Virus record (IMG/VR): IMGVR_UViG_2718217860_000003
Source: a virus
Taxonomy: Duplodnaviria; Heunggongvirae; Uroviricota; Caudoviricetes
Reading direction: 5' to 3' (one strand)
DNA length: 35,499 nt
Part shown: piece by piece, positions 24,158 through 35,499 of the stretch
Layout of the letters: each line of letters starts with the position of its first letter
Numbering within the stretch: the stretch's first letter is position 1
The notes under the pieces: model-generated
The model's database searches: none
Seen by the model: only the letters and a program-made list of their open reading frames with translations
What the model was told of the DNA's origin: nothing
Made by a program: the position numbers and the translations under genes

Positions 24158-27100
24158 ATGGGTAAAGGCAGCAGTAAGGGGCATACCCCGCGCGAAGCAA
24201 AGGACAACCTGAAGTCCACGCAGTTGCTGAGTGTGATCGATGCCATCAGCGAAGGGCCGGTTGAAGGTCCGGTGGATGGATTAAAAAGCGTGCTGCTGAA
24301 CAGTACACCGGTGCTGGACAGTGAGGGGAATACTAACATCTCCGGTGTCACGGTGGTGTTCCGGGCAGGTGAGCAGGAACAGACACCGCCGGAGGGATTT
24401 GAATCATCAGGTTCCGAGACGGTACTGGGTACGGAAGTGAAATACGACACGCCGATCACCCGGACCATCACGTCGGCAAACATTGACCGTCTGCGCTTTA
24501 CCTTCGGTGTGCAGGCACTGGTGGAAACCACCTCAAAGGGGGACAGGAATCCGTCGGAAGTTCGCCTGCTGGTTCAGATACAACGTAACGGTGGCTGGGT
24601 GACGGAAAAAGACATCACCATTAAGGGCAAAACCACCTCGCAGTATCTGGCCTCGGTAGTGGTGGATAATTTGCCGCCGCGCCCGTTCAACATCCGGATG
24701 CGCAGGATGACGCCGGACAGCACCACAGACCAGCTGCAGAACAAAACGCTCTGGTCGTCATACACCGAAATCATCGATGTGAAACAGTGCTACCCGAACA
24801 CGGCACTGGTCGGCGTACAGGTGGATTCGGAGCAGTTCGGCAGCCAGCAGGTGAGCCGTAATTATCATCTGCGCGGGCGCATTCTGCAGGTGCCGTCGAA
24901 CTATAACCCGCAGACGCGGCAATACAGCGGTATCTGGGACGGAACGTTTAAGCCAGCATACAGCAACAACATGGCCTGGTGTCTGTGGGATATGCTGACC
25001 CATCCGCGCTACGGCATGGGGAAACGTCTTGGTGCGGCGGATGTGGACAAATGGGCGCTGTATGTCATCGGCCAGCATTGCGATCAGTCGGTGCCGGACG
25101 GTTTTGGCGGCACGGAGCCGCGCATCACCTGTAATGCGTACCTGACCACACAGCGTAAGGCGTGGGATGTGCTCAGTGATTTCTGCTCGGCGATGCGCTG
25201 TATGCCGGTATGGAACGGGCAGACGCTGACGTTCGTGCAGGACCGACCGTCGGATAAGGCGTGGACCTATAACCGCAGTAATGTGGTGATGCCGGATGAT
25301 GGCGCGCCGTTCCGCTACAGCTTCAGCGCCCTGAAAGACCGCCATAATGCCGTTGAGGTGAACTGGATTGACCCGAACAACGGCTGGGAGACGGCGACAG
25401 AGCTTGTGGAGGATACGCAGGCCATTGCCCGTTACGGTCGTAACGTCACGAAGATGGATGCCTTTGGCTGTACCAGCCGGGGGCAGGCACACCGCGCCGG
25501 GCTGTGGCTGATTAAAACGGAGCTGCTGGAAACGCAGACCGTGGATTTCAGCGTGGGTGCCGAAGGGCTTCGCCATGTGCCGGGTGATGTTATTGAAATC
25601 TGCGATGATGACTATGCCGGTATCAGCACCGGCGGGCGCGTGCTGGCGGTGAACAGCCAGACCCGGACGCTGACGCTCGACCGTGAAATCACGCTGCCAT
25701 CCTCCGGTACCACGCTGATAAGCCTGGTTGACGGAAGTGGCAATCCGGTCAGCGTGGAGGTCCAGTCCGTCACCGACGGCGTGAAGGTAAAAGTGAGCCG
25801 TGTTCCTGACGGCGTTGCCGGATACAGCGTATGGGGGCTGAAGCTGCCGACGCTGCGCCAGCGCCTGTTCCGCTGCGTGAGTATCCGTGAGAACGATGAC
25901 GGCACGTATGCCATCACCGCCGTGCAGCATGTACCGGAAAAAGAGGCCATCGTGGATAACGGGGCGCACTTTGACGGCGACCAGAGCGGCACGGTGAATG
26001 GTGTCACGCCGCCAGCAGTGCAGCATCTGACCGCAGAAGTCACCGCAGACAGCGGGGAATACCAGGTGCTGGCCCGCTGGGACACGCCGAAGGTGGTGAA
26101 GGGCGTGAGCTTCCTGCTTCGCCTGACCGTGGCAGCGGATGACGGCAGTGAGCGGCTGGTCAGCACGGCCCGGACGACGGAAACCACATACCGCTTCACG
26201 CAACTGGCGCTGGGGAATTACAGGCTGACAGTCCGGGCGGTAAATGCGTGGGGACAGCAGGGCGATCCGGCATCGGTATCGTTCCGGATTGCCGCACCGG
26301 CAGCGCCGTCTCGGATTGAGCTGACGCCGGGCTATTTTCAGATAACCGCCACGCCGCATCTTGCGGTTTATGATCCGACGGTACAGTTTGAGTTCTGGTT
26401 CTCGGAAAAGCGGATTGCGGATATCAGGCAGGTTGAAACCACAGCACGCTATCTTGGTACGGCGTTGTACTGGATAGCCGCCAGTATCAATATCAGGCCG
26501 GGCCATAATTATTATTTTTACGTTCGCAGTGTGAACACCGTTGGCAAATCGGCATTCGTGGAGGCTGTTGGTCAGCCGAGTGATGACGCATCCGGCTATC
26601 TGGATTTTTTCAAAGGCGAGATAGGGAAAACCCATCTGGCTCAGGAGCTGTGGACGCAGATTGATAACGGTCAGCTTGCGCCTGACCTGGCTGAAATCAG
26701 GACATCCATTACGGATGTCAGCAATGAAATCACACAGACCGTCAATAAGAAACTGGAAGACCAGAGTGCGGCAATCCAGCAGATACAGAAAGTTCAGGTT
26801 GATACAAATAATAACCTGAACAGCATGTGGGCTGTGAAGCTGCAGCAGATGCAGGACGGACGCCTTTATATCGCGGGTATCGGTGCCGGTATTGAGAATA
26901 CGCCAGCAGGAATGCAGAGTCAGGTGCTGCTGGCGGCAGACAGGATTGCGATGATTAATCCTGCGAATGGCAACACAAAGCCGATGTTTGTTGGTCAGGG
27001 CGATCAGATATTCATGAACGAAGTGTTCCTGAAATATCTGACGGCTCCCACCATTACCAGCGGCGGTAATCCTCCGGCATTTTCCCTGACACCGGACGGG

Positions 27101-27637
27101 CGGCTGACGGCGAAAAATGCCGATATCAGCGGTAACGTGAATGCGAACTCCGGGACGCTCAACAATGTCACGATAAATGAGAACTGTCAGATTAAAGGGA
27201 AACTGTCAGCCAACCAGATTGAAGGCGATATTGTCAAAACAGTGGGTAAGGCTTTCCCGCGGGACTCCCGGGCACCGGAGCGGTGGCCATCAGGGACCAT
27301 TACCGTCAGGATTTATGACGATCAGCCGTTTGACCGGCAGATTGTTATTCCCGCGGTGGCGTTTCGTGGCGCTAAACATGAGCGGGAGAATAACGATATT
27401 TATTCGTCATGCCGCCTGATAGTGAAGAAAAACGGTGCTGAAATTTATAACCGTACCGCGCTGGATAATACGCTGGTTTATACAGGTGTTATTGATATGC
27501 CTGCTGGTCGCGGTCACATGACGCTGGAGTTTTCGGTATCAGCGTGGCTGGTAAATGACTGGTATCCCACAGCCAGTATCAGTGATTTGCTGGTTGTGGT
27601 GATGAAGAAATCCACAGCAGGTATCACGATTAGCTGA
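24158..27637 (+). CDS. J: Host-specificity tail tip protein J (central tail fibre)
   Basis: 1159-aa [24 protein letters not shown]... with a lambda-J-like C-terminal receptor-binding region. Confidence 0.95.
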   Translation: MGKGSSKGHTPREAKDNLKSTQLLSVIDAISEGPVEGPVDGLKSVLLNSTPVLDSEGNTNISGVTVVFRAGEQEQTPPEGFESSGSETVLGTEVKYDTPITRTITSANIDRLRFTFGVQALVETTSKGDRNPSEVRLLVQIQRNGGWVTEKDITIKGKTTSQYLASVVVDNLPPRPFNIRMRRMTPDSTTDQLQNKTLWSSYTEIIDVKQCYPNTALVGVQVDSEQFGSQQVSRNYHLRGRILQVPSNYNPQTRQYSGIWDGTFKPAYSNNMAWCLWDMLTHPRYGMGKRLGAADVDKWALYVIGQHCDQSVPDGFGGTEPRITCNAYLTTQRKAWDVLSDFCSAMRCMPVWNGQTLTFVQDRPSDKAWTYNRSNVVMPDDGAPFRYSFSALKDRHNAVEVNWIDPNNGWETATELVEDTQAIARYGRNVTKMDAFGCTSRGQAHRAGLWLIKTELLETQTVDFSVGAEGLRHVPGDVIEICDDDYAGISTGGRVLAVNSQTRTLTLDREITLPSSGTTLISLVDGSGNPVSVEVQSVTDGVKVKVSRVPDGVAGYSVWGLKLPTLRQRLFRCVSIRENDDGTYAITAVQHVPEKEAIVDNGAHFDGDQSGTVNGVTPPAVQHLTAEVTADSGEYQVLARWDTPKVVKGVSFLLRLTVAADDGSERLVSTARTTETTYRFTQLALGNYRLTVRAVNAWGQQGDPASVSFRIAAPAAPSRIELTPGYFQITATPHLAVYDPTVQFEFWFSEKRIADIRQVETTARYLGTALYWIAASINIRPGHNYYFYVRSVNTVGKSAFVEAVGQPSDDASGYLDFFKGEIGKTHLAQELWTQIDNGQLAPDLAEIRTSITDVSNEITQTVNKKLEDQSAAIQQIQKVQVDTNNNLNSMWAVKLQQMQDGRLYIAGIGAGIENTPAGMQSQVLLAADRIAMINPANGNTKPMFVGQGDQIFMNEVFLKYLTAPTITSGGNPPAFSLTPDGRLTAKNADISGNVNANSGTLNNVTINENCQIKGKLSANQIEGDIVKTVGKAFPRDSRAPERWPSGTITVRIYDDQPFDRQIVIPAVAFRGAKHERENNDIYSSCRLIVKKNGAEIYNRTALDNTLVYTGVIDMPAGRGHMTLEFSVSAWLVNDWYPTASISDLLVVVMKKSTAGITIS

Positions 27638-27657
27638 ATTTTCATAACCCATATGCG

Positions 27658-27682
27658 GGCGCCATTTCTGGCGCCTTTTTTA
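27658..27682 (+). terminator. Intrinsic terminator downstream of J
   Basis: GGCGCC-ATTTCT-GGCGCC hairpin followed by TTTTTTATT. Confidence 0.65.
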
Positions 27683-27705
27683 TTGCAGAAAAGCGAGAGG
27701 TAATT

Positions 27706-28305
27706 ATGCGTAAAGTTTGTGCAGCCATTTTGTCCGCAGCCATCTGTCTGGCCGTATCCGGTGCGCCTGCATGGGCGTCTGAGCAGCAGGCCACGCTGAG
27801 CGCAGGGTATCTTCATGCCCGTACGAACGCTTCCGGCAGCGATAATCTGAACGGGATTAACGTGAAATACCGTTATGAGTTTACGGACACGCTGGGGCTG
27901 ATTACGTCATTCAGTTATGCCAACGCTGAAGATGAGCAAAAAACGCATTACAGCGATACCCGCTGGCATGAGGATTCCGTGCGTAATCGCTGGTTCAGCG
28001 TGATGGCGGGGCCGTCTGTGCGCGTGAATGAATGGTTCAGCGCGTATGCGATGGCGGGTATGGCTTACAGCCGTGTGTCGACTTTCTCCGGGGATTATCT
28101 CCGCGTAACTGACAACAAGGGGAAAAAGCACGATGTGCTGACCGGAAGTGATGACGGTCGCCACAGCAACACGTCTCTGGCGTGGGGAGCTGGCGTGCAG
28201 TTTAACCCGACCGAATCCGTGGCCATTGATGTCGCTTATGAAGGCTCCGGCAGTGGTGACTGGCGCACTGACGGGTTCATCGTGGCTGTTGGTTATAAAT
28301 TCTGA
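27706..28305 (+). CDS. lom: Outer-membrane protein Lom (Ail/OmpX family)
   Basis: 199-aa ORF with signal peptide (AICLAVSGAPAWA) and beta-barrel C-terminal ...VGYKF. Confidence 0.9.
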   Translation: MRKVCAAILSAAICLAVSGAPAWASEQQATLSAGYLHARTNASGSDNLNGINVKYRYEFTDTLGLITSFSYANAEDEQKTHYSDTRWHEDSVRNRWFSVMAGPSVRVNEWFSAYAMAGMAYSRVSTFSGDYLRVTDNKGKKHDVLTGSDDGRHSNTSLAWGAGVQFNPTESVAIDVAYEGSGSGDWRTDGFIVAVGYKF

Positions 28306-28332
28306 TTAGCCAGGTAACACAGTGTTATGACA

Positions 28333-28358
28333 GCCCGCCGGTTCAGGCGGGCTTTTTT
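28333..28358 (+). terminator. Intrinsic terminator downstream of lom
   Basis: GCCCGCC-GGTTCA-GGCGGGC hairpin followed by TTTTTT. Confidence 0.7.
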
Positions 28359-28369
28359 GTGGGGTGAAT

Positions 28370-31300
28370 ATGGCAGTAAAAATTTCAGGTGTACTGAAAG
28401 ACGGCACAGGAAAACCGGTACAGAACTGCACAATCCAGCTGAAAGCAAAACGTAACAGTACCACGGTGGTGGTGAACACGCTGGCATCTGAAAATCCGGA
28501 TGAAGCCGGGCGTTACAGTATGGACGTTGAGTACGGTCAGTACAGCGTTATTCTGTTGGTGGAAGGATTCCCGCCGTCACATGCCGGGACCATCACAGTG
28601 TATGAAGATTCCCGACCCGGTACGCTGAATGATTTTCTCGGTGCCATGACGGAGGATGATGCCCGTCCGGAGGCACTGCGCCGTTTTGAGCTGATGGTGG
28701 AAGAGGTGGCGCGTAACGCGTCCGTGGTGGCACAGAACACGGCAGCCGCGAAGAAGTCAGCCAGTGATGCCAGCACATCAGCCCGTGAGGCGGCAACCCA
28801 TGCGACTGATGCTGCAGGCTCAGCACGCGCAGCCAGCACGTCAGCCGGACAGGCCGCGTCGTCGGCTCAGTCAGCGACTTCCAGCGCAGGAACGGCATCA
28901 ACAAAGGCCACTGAAGCATCAAAAAGTGCTGCCGCTGCAGAGTCCTCAAAAAGCGCGGCAGCTACCAGTGCCAGTGCCGCAAAAACGTCAGAAACGAATG
29001 CTGCAGCGTCACAACAATCAGCAGCCACTTCTGCATCCACCGCGACTACGAAAGCGTCAGAAGCTGCCACCTCAGCCCGGGATGCGGCGGCTTCAAAAGA
29101 GGCGGCAAAATCATCAGAAACGAACGCATCCTCGAGCGCCAGTAGCGCAGCTTCCTCGGCAACAGCGGCAGGAAATTCCGCGAAGGCGGCAAAAACGTCA
29201 GAGACGAACGCCAGGTCTTCTGAAACGGCAGCGGGACAGAGCGCCTCGGCTGCGGCAGGCTCAAAAACAGCGGCTGCGTCGTCTGCCAGTGCAGCGTCAA
29301 CAAGTGCCGGGCAGGCCTCAGCCAGTGCTAGCGCCGCCGGAAAATCGGCAGAAAGCGCCGCATCGTCTGCTTCAACAGCCACAACGAAGGCTGGCGAAGC
29401 CACTGAACAGGCCAGCGCAGCAGCGAGGTCTGCTTCCGCAGCGAAGACATCCGAAACGAACGCGAAAGCGTCGGAAACCAGCGCAGAATCCTCAAAAACG
29501 GCTGCCGCATCGTCAGCCAGTTCGGCGTCGTCATCGGCATCATCTGCGTCTGCTTCAAAAGATGAGGCGACCAGACAGGCGTCAGCAGCGAAGGGTAGCG
29601 CCACGACGGCATCCACGAAGGCGACAGAGGCAGCTGGCAGTGCGACGGCAGCAGCTCAGAGCAAAAGTACGGCGGAATCCGCGGCAACGCGCGCTGAGAC
29701 AGCGGCAAAACGGGCAGAGGATATTGCATCCGCCGTGGCGCTTGAGGATGCGAGCACGACGAAAAAGGGGATAGTACAGCTCAGCAGTGCGACCAACAGC
29801 ACTTCCGAGTCACTGGCGGCAACGCCAAAAGCCGTTAAGGCCGCGTATGACCTGGCTAACGGGAAATACACCGCACAGGATGCAACGACAGCACAGAAAG
29901 GGATAATCCAGCTAAGCAGCGCGACCAACAGCACGTCTGAAACGCTGGCGGCAACGCCAAAGGCAGTAAAATCAGCCTATGACAATGCAGAGAAACGTCT
30001 GCAGAAAGACCAGAACGGCGCTGATATACCCGATAAGGGACGCTTCCTGAACAACATTAACGCGGTCAGTAAAACAGACTTTGCTGATAAGCGTGGTATG
30101 CGTTATGTGCGGGTTAACGCTCCTGCAGGTGCAACATCTGGAAAATATTACCCTGTTGTTGTTATGCGTTCTGCTGGCTCAGTAAGCGAACTGGCATCAA
30201 GGGTCATTATCACCACGGCAACGCGAACCGCAGGCGATCCGATGAATAACTGCGAGTTTAACGGATTTGTTATGCCTGGTGGCTGGACTGACAGGGGGCG
30301 TTATGCTTATGGAATGTTCTGGCAATATCAAAACAATGAACGAGCCATCCACTCAATAATGATGAGTAATAAGGGCGATGATTTGCGCTCTGTGTTCTAT
30401 GTTGATGGCGCTGCTTTCCCTGTTTTTGCGTTTATCGAAGATGGCCTGTCAATATCCGCACCTGGTGCTGATCTCGTTGTTAATGATACGACCTATAAGT
30501 TTGGGGCAACAAATCCAGCGACTGAATGTATCGCGGCGGACGTTATCCTTGATTTTAAGAGTGGGCGTGGTTTTTATGAGTCTCATTCGTTAATCGTTAA
30601 CGATAACTTGTCGTGCAAAAAACTTTTTGCCACAGACGAAATTGTAGCGCGTGGTGGTAATCAGATTCGAATGATAGGTGGGGAGTATGGGGCATTATGG
30701 CGTAATGATGGCGCTAAAACTTACCTGCTGCTTACCAATCAAGGTGATGTTTATGGTGGATGGAATACATTAAGACCGTTTGCTATTGATAACGCAACCG
30801 GCGAACTGGTTATTGGAACCAAGCTGTCTGCAAGTCTGAACGGTAACGCATTGACAGCAACAAAGCTGCAAACGCCAAGACTGGTTTCTGGGGTTGAGTT
30901 TGATGGTTCAAAAGATATTACTTTAACCGCCGCGCATGTGGCTGCTTTTGCCAGAAGGGCAACGGATACATATGCCGATGCGGATGGTGGCGTTCCCTGG
31001 AATGCCGAATCAGGCGCTTACAATGTCACCCGCTCTGGCGACAGCTATATTCTGGTTAACTTCTATACCGGAGTCGGAAGTTGCCGGACCCTGCAGATGA
31101 AGGCGCATTACAGAAATGGTGGTCTGTTCTACCGTTCTTCAAGAGACGGTTATGGTTTTGAGGAAGACTGGGCAGAAGTTTATACCTCGAAAAATCTTCC
31201 ACCAGAAAGCTACCCAGTCGGCGCACCAATCCCGTGGCCATCAGATACCGTTCCGTCTGGTTATGCCCTGATGCAGGGGCAGACTTTTGACAAATCTGCC

Positions 31301-31900
31301 TACCCGAAACTTGCAGCCGCTTATCCGTCAGGCGTGATCCCTGATATGCGTGGCTGGACGATTAAGGGCAAGCCCGCCAGTGGTCGTGCCGTATTGTCTC
31401 AGGAACAGGACGGCATAAAATCGCATACCCACAGCGCCAGCGCATCCAGTACTGATTTGGGGACGAAAACCACATCGTCGTTTGATTACGGCACTAAATC
31501 CACGAATAACACTGGTGCGCATACCCATAGTTTAAGTGGCAGCACGAATGCAGCTGGTAATCACAGCCATAGAGATGGCCGTCGATTTAACCCCAGTGTT
31601 TTTAAAGATACTTATCAATATGGTTATACAAGCTCAGGTCAAAATACCTGGGGTGTACAAGGCTCAGTAGGTATGTCTACGGGGGCGTTAGCTAATACCA
31701 GTACAGATGGTAACCATAGCCACTCACTGTCCGGCACAGCAGCATCTGCAGGTGCACACGCACATACTGTCGGTATTGGTGCACACACGCACTCCGTTGC
31801 GATTGGTTCACATGGACACACCATCACCGTTAACGCTGCTGGTAACGCGGAAAACACCGTCAAAAACATCGCATTTAACTATATTGTGAGGCTTGCATAA
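28370..31900 (+). CDS. stf: Side tail fibre protein Stf
   Basis: Begins [26 protein letters not shown]... (the track ORF starts 2 codons earlier at GTG); long Ala/Ser-rich low-complexity shaft, tandem repeat units, His-rich HxH C-terminal tip. Confidence 0.9.
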   Translation: MAVKISGVLKDGTGKPVQNCTIQLKAKRNSTTVVVNTLASENPDEAGRYSMDVEYGQYSVILLVEGFPPSHAGTITVYEDSRPGTLNDFLGAMTEDDARPEALRRFELMVEEVARNASVVAQNTAAAKKSASDASTSAREAATHATDAAGSARAASTSAGQAASSAQSATSSAGTASTKATEASKSAAAAESSKSAAATSASAAKTSETNAAASQQSAATSASTATTKASEAATSARDAAASKEAAKSSETNASSSASSAASSATAAGNSAKAAKTSETNARSSETAAGQSASAAAGSKTAAASSASAASTSAGQASASASAAGKSAESAASSASTATTKAGEATEQASAAARSASAAKTSETNAKASETSAESSKTAAASSASSASSSASSASASKDEATRQASAAKGSATTASTKATEAAGSATAAAQSKSTAESAATRAETAAKRAEDIASAVALEDASTTKKGIVQLSSATNSTSESLAATPKAVKAAYDLANGKYTAQDATTAQKGIIQLSSATNSTSETLAATPKAVKSAYDNAEKRLQKDQNGADIPDKGRFLNNINAVSKTDFADKRGMRYVRVNAPAGATSGKYYPVVVMRSAGSVSELASRVIITTATRTAGDPMNNCEFNGFVMPGGWTDRGRYAYGMFWQYQNNERAIHSIMMSNKGDDLRSVFYVDGAAFPVFAFIEDGLSISAPGADLVVNDTTYKFGATNPATECIAADVILDFKSGRGFYESHSLIVNDNLSCKKLFATDEIVARGGNQIRMIGGEYGALWRNDGAKTYLLLTNQGDVYGGWNTLRPFAIDNATGELVIGTKLSASLNGNALTATKLQTPRLVSGVEFDGSKDITLTAAHVAAFARRATDTYADADGGVPWNAESGAYNVTRSGDSYILVNFYTGVGSCRTLQMKAHYRNGGLFYRSSRDGYGFEEDWAEVYTSKNLPPESYPVGAPIPWPSDTVPSGYALMQGQTFDKSAYPKLAAAYPSGVIPDMRGWTIKGKPASGRAVLSQEQDGIKSHTHSASASSTDLGTKTTSSFDYGTKSTNNTGAHTHSLSGSTNAAGNHSHRDGRRFNPSVFKDTYQYGYTSSGQNTWGVQGSVGMSTGALANTSTDGNHSHSLSGTAASAGAHAHTVGIGAHTHSVAIGSHGHTITVNAAGNAENTVKNIAFNYIVRLA

Positions 31901-32481
31901 TGGCATTCAGAATGAGTGAACAACCACGGACCATAAAAATTTATAATCTGCTGGCCGGAACTAATGAATTTATTGGTGAAGGTGACGCATATATTCCGCC
32001 TCATACAGGTCTGCCAGCAAACAGTACCGATATTGCACCGCCAGATATTCCTGCTGGCTTTGTGGCTGTTTTCAACAGTGATGAGGCATCGTGGCATCTC
32101 GTTGAAGATCATCGGGGAAAAACCGTCTATGACGTGGCTTCCGGCGACGCGTTATTTATTTCTGAACTTGGCTCGTTACCGGAAAATGTCACCTGGTTAT
32201 CGCCGGAAGGGGAATATCAGAAGTGGAACGGCACAGCCTGGGTGAAGGATACGGAAGCAGAAAAACTGTTCCGGATCCGGGAGGCGGAAGAAACAAAAAA
32301 CAACCTGATGCAGGTAGCCAGTGAGCATATTGCGCCGCTTCAGGATGCTGCAGATCTGGAAATTGCAACGGAGGAAGAAATCTCGTTGCTGGAAGCCTGG
32401 AAGAAGTATCGGGTGTTGCTGAACCGTGTTAATACAACAACTGCACCGGATATTGAATGGCCAGTAGCACCTATAGGGTAA
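31900..32481 (+). CDS. tfa: Tail fibre assembly protein Tfa
   Basis: 193-aa ORF; start overlaps the stf stop (TAATG); conserved Tfa C-terminus ...[31 protein letters not shown]. Confidence 0.9.
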   Translation: MAFRMSEQPRTIKIYNLLAGTNEFIGEGDAYIPPHTGLPANSTDIAPPDIPAGFVAVFNSDEASWHLVEDHRGKTVYDVASGDALFISELGSLPENVTWLSPEGEYQKWNGTAWVKDTEAEKLFRIREAEETKNNLMQVASEHIAPLQDAADLEIATEEEISLLEAWKKYRVLLNRVNTTTAPDIEWPVAPIG

Positions 32482-33070
32482 ATTCGTAATGATTACCTAA
32501 ATACGTTATTCTTTTGTTCAAAAAGTGATTTTTCTATAGGTAGGGAGTATGTTCTTGGATTAAGAATAAAAAATCGCCATGAAAGAGCTTCATGGCGAGT
32601 ACATAAACGTACAAAATATGATGAAAGTAGAGTGGCGTAAGCCACTATATTAAGATATGACAATAGCGAAGAAAAGTAAATAACATTTTATGGGCGTTTA
32701 ATTGTTAATTATAAAAACTAGAGTGCCCGATATTGTTTATCTTGCTTTAAAATAATGTACTCAAACCAAATTTTTGAGCTAAAAGCTCAAATAATATAAA
32801 TGCAATGATAATGTTTAATAAGACAATTAGCTTGCTTTGTATTTTCATTTCGGAATACTGTTAAGTAACTTTGATGACACTAACAATAGATCGGAATTTT
32901 CTTAGAGTCAATGGTCACTGTTTTTGCTTGCAAAGCAAATCTTTTTGGTGGTTATAAGTTTTCTTAATATAGTCACCTATGCAACTTGTTCCGTGTGGAG
33001 ATTAAAGGTTAAAATTTAATGCGAAGATGGAATTATAATATATTTTTTTATAATTAATTTAACCTTAACA

Positions 33071-33169
33071 TCGTTGCTGGCGGCATGGAAGAAATATCGG
33101 GTCTTGCTGATGTCGTGTTGGCACTTCCTTAGTGCGGTTATCGAATGGCCAGCTGTACCTGTGGGGTAA
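33071..33169 (+). pseudogene. Relic 3' fragment of a second tfa gene
   Basis: DNA homologous to the last 33 codons of tfa ([13 protein letters not shown]...IEWPAVPVG*), with no upstream reading frame. Confidence 0.7.
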
Positions 33170-33301
33170 AAACTTTATATGGGTGCTATTTTTATAATAG
33201 CTGGTAAAAACTGGCCGAACTGAAATTCACTGTTGATAAAAAAGATGTGTTTGAGTGTATGTCATTGTTTTCTTAATGGAATCCACTAGAATGCAGCGAA
33301 T

Positions 33302-33499
33302 TTAAGAAGGTGGGTTTTTATTGGAATATAAACTACAATAATGCTCAACTCGTTCGTAGAATTGTTTTTTCTTATTTTTTGGAATGCTAACCATTATATG
33401 CATTATGGGGGCGATACTTCCTGATAATTTACATGATGCATACATTGAAGCAATAAATTCAATATCATTGTCATCAAAGTTAAAGCTTTCTCCGTCCAT
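33302..33499 (-). CDS. Hypothetical small protein (uncertain)
   Basis: 65-aa ORF with AAGGA about 7 nt upstream of the ATG, in an AT-rich gene-poor segment. Confidence 0.3.
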   Translation of the reverse strand: MDGESFNFDDNDIEFIASMYASCKLSGSIAPIMHIMVSIPKNKKKQFYERVEHYCSLYSNKNPPS

Positions 33500-34215
33500 T
33501 TCAATTCCTTATGTGTTTGGCACAACTGATGCTGTATCCCATGAGAATTTATGCAAGTTGTTATGTTTGATTTGATATTGCAATGATAATTGTAGCTAAT
33601 TGTTTTCAATTGAGTGAAAGTTTATTTCGAGTGATTAAGTCGAAAAAAAAGATTTCTCACGGTTAGTAAGCGTATTAGGTTAGTATTCAGATATGAATGG
33701 TATTAATGACTAAATTTTCAATCATATATGGATTTTTATGCTGATGAAGATGTTTTATTTGGCGATTCGTCAAGCATCTTCACTTAAGTAATCGTATATT
33801 TTAAGAGTGCAAAAGAGAAAGGGACAACGTTGCTCGCACTCTGGATTAAATATAGGGTGTTGTTAAACTGCGTTGATACATAATTGTACCGGATATTGAG
33901 TGGTCTGAAGTCCCAGTCATTAAGTAATCGTTTCGTGATATGCCGCAGAAACGTTGTATGCAATAACGTTCTGCGGTTGGCTGATGCACTTTCGAGAGTG
34001 TATTGAATAATTTCAAGCCGTTATTGTTTTTACGCGTAACACCATGAAAAGATTGCTTATCTGTTGGGGTGTTTTTTGGGGCATATATGGGACAGAAATA
34101 GGCCACAGATAGATAGTAAGATCGAACTCAGGATGTTTTTGAAAAAATGTAACTATCTGAAAAAACCTAGAAAGCGCCAAGGAAACCACAGAATGAGAAA
34201 AAACATCTGTGAATT

Positions 34216-35499
34216 ATGGATTTCCAGTTATATTCGCTCGGCGCAGCGTTAGTGTTTCATGAAATATTTTTTCCTGAATCATCAACGGCAATGGCGTTAA
34301 TTCTGGCAATGGGAACCTACGGTGCAGGTTATGTGGCGCGTATTGTCGGAGCATTTATTTTCGGCAAAATGGGCGACAGAATAGGGCGTAAAAAAGTGCT
34401 CTTTATTACCATCACCATGATGGGGATCTGTACCACCTTAATTGGTGTGTTACCGACCTATGCACAGATTGGTGTTTTTGCACCCATCTTGCTGGTGACG
34501 TTGCGTATTATTCAGGGGTTGGGTGCAGGTGCGGAAATTTCCGGTGCCGGTACGATGCTGGCGGAATATGCGCCAAAAGGTAAGCGCGGAATTATCTCCT
34601 CATTTGTGGCTATGGGAACTAACTGCGGAACCTTGAGCGCAACGGCAATCTGGGCCTTTATGTTCTTCATTCTCAGTAAAGAGGAACTGCTGGCGTGGGG
34701 ATGGCGTATACCGTTCCTGGCGAGCGTTGTCGTGATGGTCTTTGCTATCTGGTTGCGTATGAATCTGAAAGAAAGCCCGGTCTTTGAGAAGGTTAACGAC
34801 AGTAACCAACCGACAGCAAAACCTGCACCTGCTGGTAGCATGTTCCAGAGCAAATCCTTCTGGCTGGCAACAGGGCTGCGTTTTGGTCAGGCGGGTAACT
34901 CCGGGTTAATTCAGACTTTCCTTGCAGGCTATTTAGTGCAGACGTTATTGTTTAACAAAGCAATTCCAACAGATGCATTGATGATCAGTTCGATTCTCGG
35001 CTTTATGACCATTCCGTTCCTTGGTTGGTTATCCGATAAAATTGGTCGCCGGATCCCGTATATTATTATGAATACCTCCGCGATTGTGCTGGCATGGCCA
35101 ATGCTTTCTATCATTGTAGATAAAAGCTATGCCCCGAGCACCATTATGGTTGCACTGATTGTGATTCATAACTGTGCGGTGCTGGGATTATTTGCTCTGG
35201 AAAACATTACCATGGCAGAAATGTTCGGCTGTAAAAACCGCTTTACCCGGATGGCTATTTCTAAAGAAATTGGTGGTCTTATCGCTTCCGGTTTTGGTCC
35301 TATCCTGGCGGGTATTTTCTGCACCATGACGGAATCCTGGTATCCGATCGCCATTATGATCATGGCATATTCAGTAATTGGTTTAATCTCTGCGCTGAAA
35401 ATGCCAGAGGTGAAAGACCGTGATTTAAGTGCGCTGGAAGACGCTGCGGAAGATCAACCGCGTGTTGTAAGAGCTGCGCAACCTTCCAGAAGTCTGTAA
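34216..35499 (+). CDS. ydfJ: MFS transporter (YdfJ-like metabolite:H+ symporter), 5'-truncated at the prophage junction and running off the window end
   Basis: 427-aa ORF with multiple TM helices and an MFS signature (GKMGDRIGRKKV); the first TM helix and N-terminus are missing; no stop within the window. Confidence 0.75.
   Translation: MDFQLYSLGAALVFHEIFFPESSTAMALILAMGTYGAGYVARIVGAFIFGKMGDRIGRKKVLFITITMMGICTTLIGVLPTYAQIGVFAPILLVTLRIIQGLGAGAEISGAGTMLAEYAPKGKRGIISSFVAMGTNCGTLSATAIWAFMFFILSKEELLAWGWRIPFLASVVVMVFAIWLRMNLKESPVFEKVNDSNQPTAKPAPAGSMFQSKSFWLATGLRFGQAGNSGLIQTFLAGYLVQTLLFNKAIPTDALMISSILGFMTIPFLGWLSDKIGRRIPYIIMNTSAIVLAWPMLSIIVDKSYAPSTIMVALIVIHNCAVLGLFALENITMAEMFGCKNRFTRMAISKEIGGLIASGFGPILAGIFCTMTESWYPIAIMIMAYSVIGLISALKMPEVKDRDLSALEDAAEDQPRVVRAAQPSRSL

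Larger units (their letters stand above)
1..34215. mobile_element. Lambdoid prophage (int ... tail fibres), mosaic of Qin-, DLP12- and lambda-like modules; left end lies outside the window
   Basis: Canonical lambdoid gene order int-xis-exo / repressor-cro / replication / Q / lysis / terminase / tail / tail fibres, ending next to a truncated host transporter gene. Right boundary is approximate. Confidence 0.85.

Noticed and set aside
24758-26635. 625-aa ORF on the minus strand inside gene J
   Set aside because: Antisense to a well-conserved, high-GC structural gene; Arg/Pro-rich composition typical of spurious antisense frames; no RBS or independent evidence.
28764-29774. 336-aa Arg/Pro/Gln-rich ORF (+) and 249-aa Ala/Asp-rich ORF (-, 28867-29616) inside stf
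   Set aside because: Alternative-frame read-through of the Ala/Ser-rich low-complexity repeat of stf; extreme composition bias and complete overlap with a recognised gene.
1-35499. CRISPR arrays, IS elements or rRNA genes
   Set aside because: No regularly spaced direct repeats with unique spacers, no transposase-like ORFs with terminal inverted repeats, and no rRNA-like sequence were seen. The only repeat arrays are the iterons and the tail-fibre coding repeats.

Overview
This window is an almost complete lambdoid prophage of Escherichia coli (mosaic Qin/DLP12/lambda-like), read from the integrase end to the host junction, plus the start of a host MFS transporter gene. All calls rest on reading the ORF translations and DNA by eye and on recalled family knowledge; no searches were run. 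Order on the + strand: integrase and excisionase (1-1568), a large early protein with a C-terminal DnaQ-like exonuclease domain, the ydfD-dicB-dicF-ydfC-ydfB-ydfA division-inhibition operon, the dicA/dicC immunity switch, an iteron-bearing O-like replication gene, an AT-rich accessory island (about 8.5-12.0 kb), hokD, rem, DUF968, rusA-like and Q-like genes, two tRNAs, two TolA domain-III-like lipoproteins, a lysis cassette, an AT-rich 230-aa gene, a truncated small terminase, a 100-N assembly gap (21639-21738) where terminase-large through tail gene H would lie, then lambda-like tail genes M, L, K, I, J, lom, stf, tfa, a tfa 3' relic, and a 5'-truncated ydfJ-like transporter gene (34216-35499). 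The best candidates for undescribed biology are the island (a 299-aa protein convergent with a membrane protein + SAM methyltransferase operon), the paired TolA-III lipoproteins in the Q-to-lysis moron slot, the 230-aa gene between Rz and terminase, and the two genes inserted between holin and endolysin.
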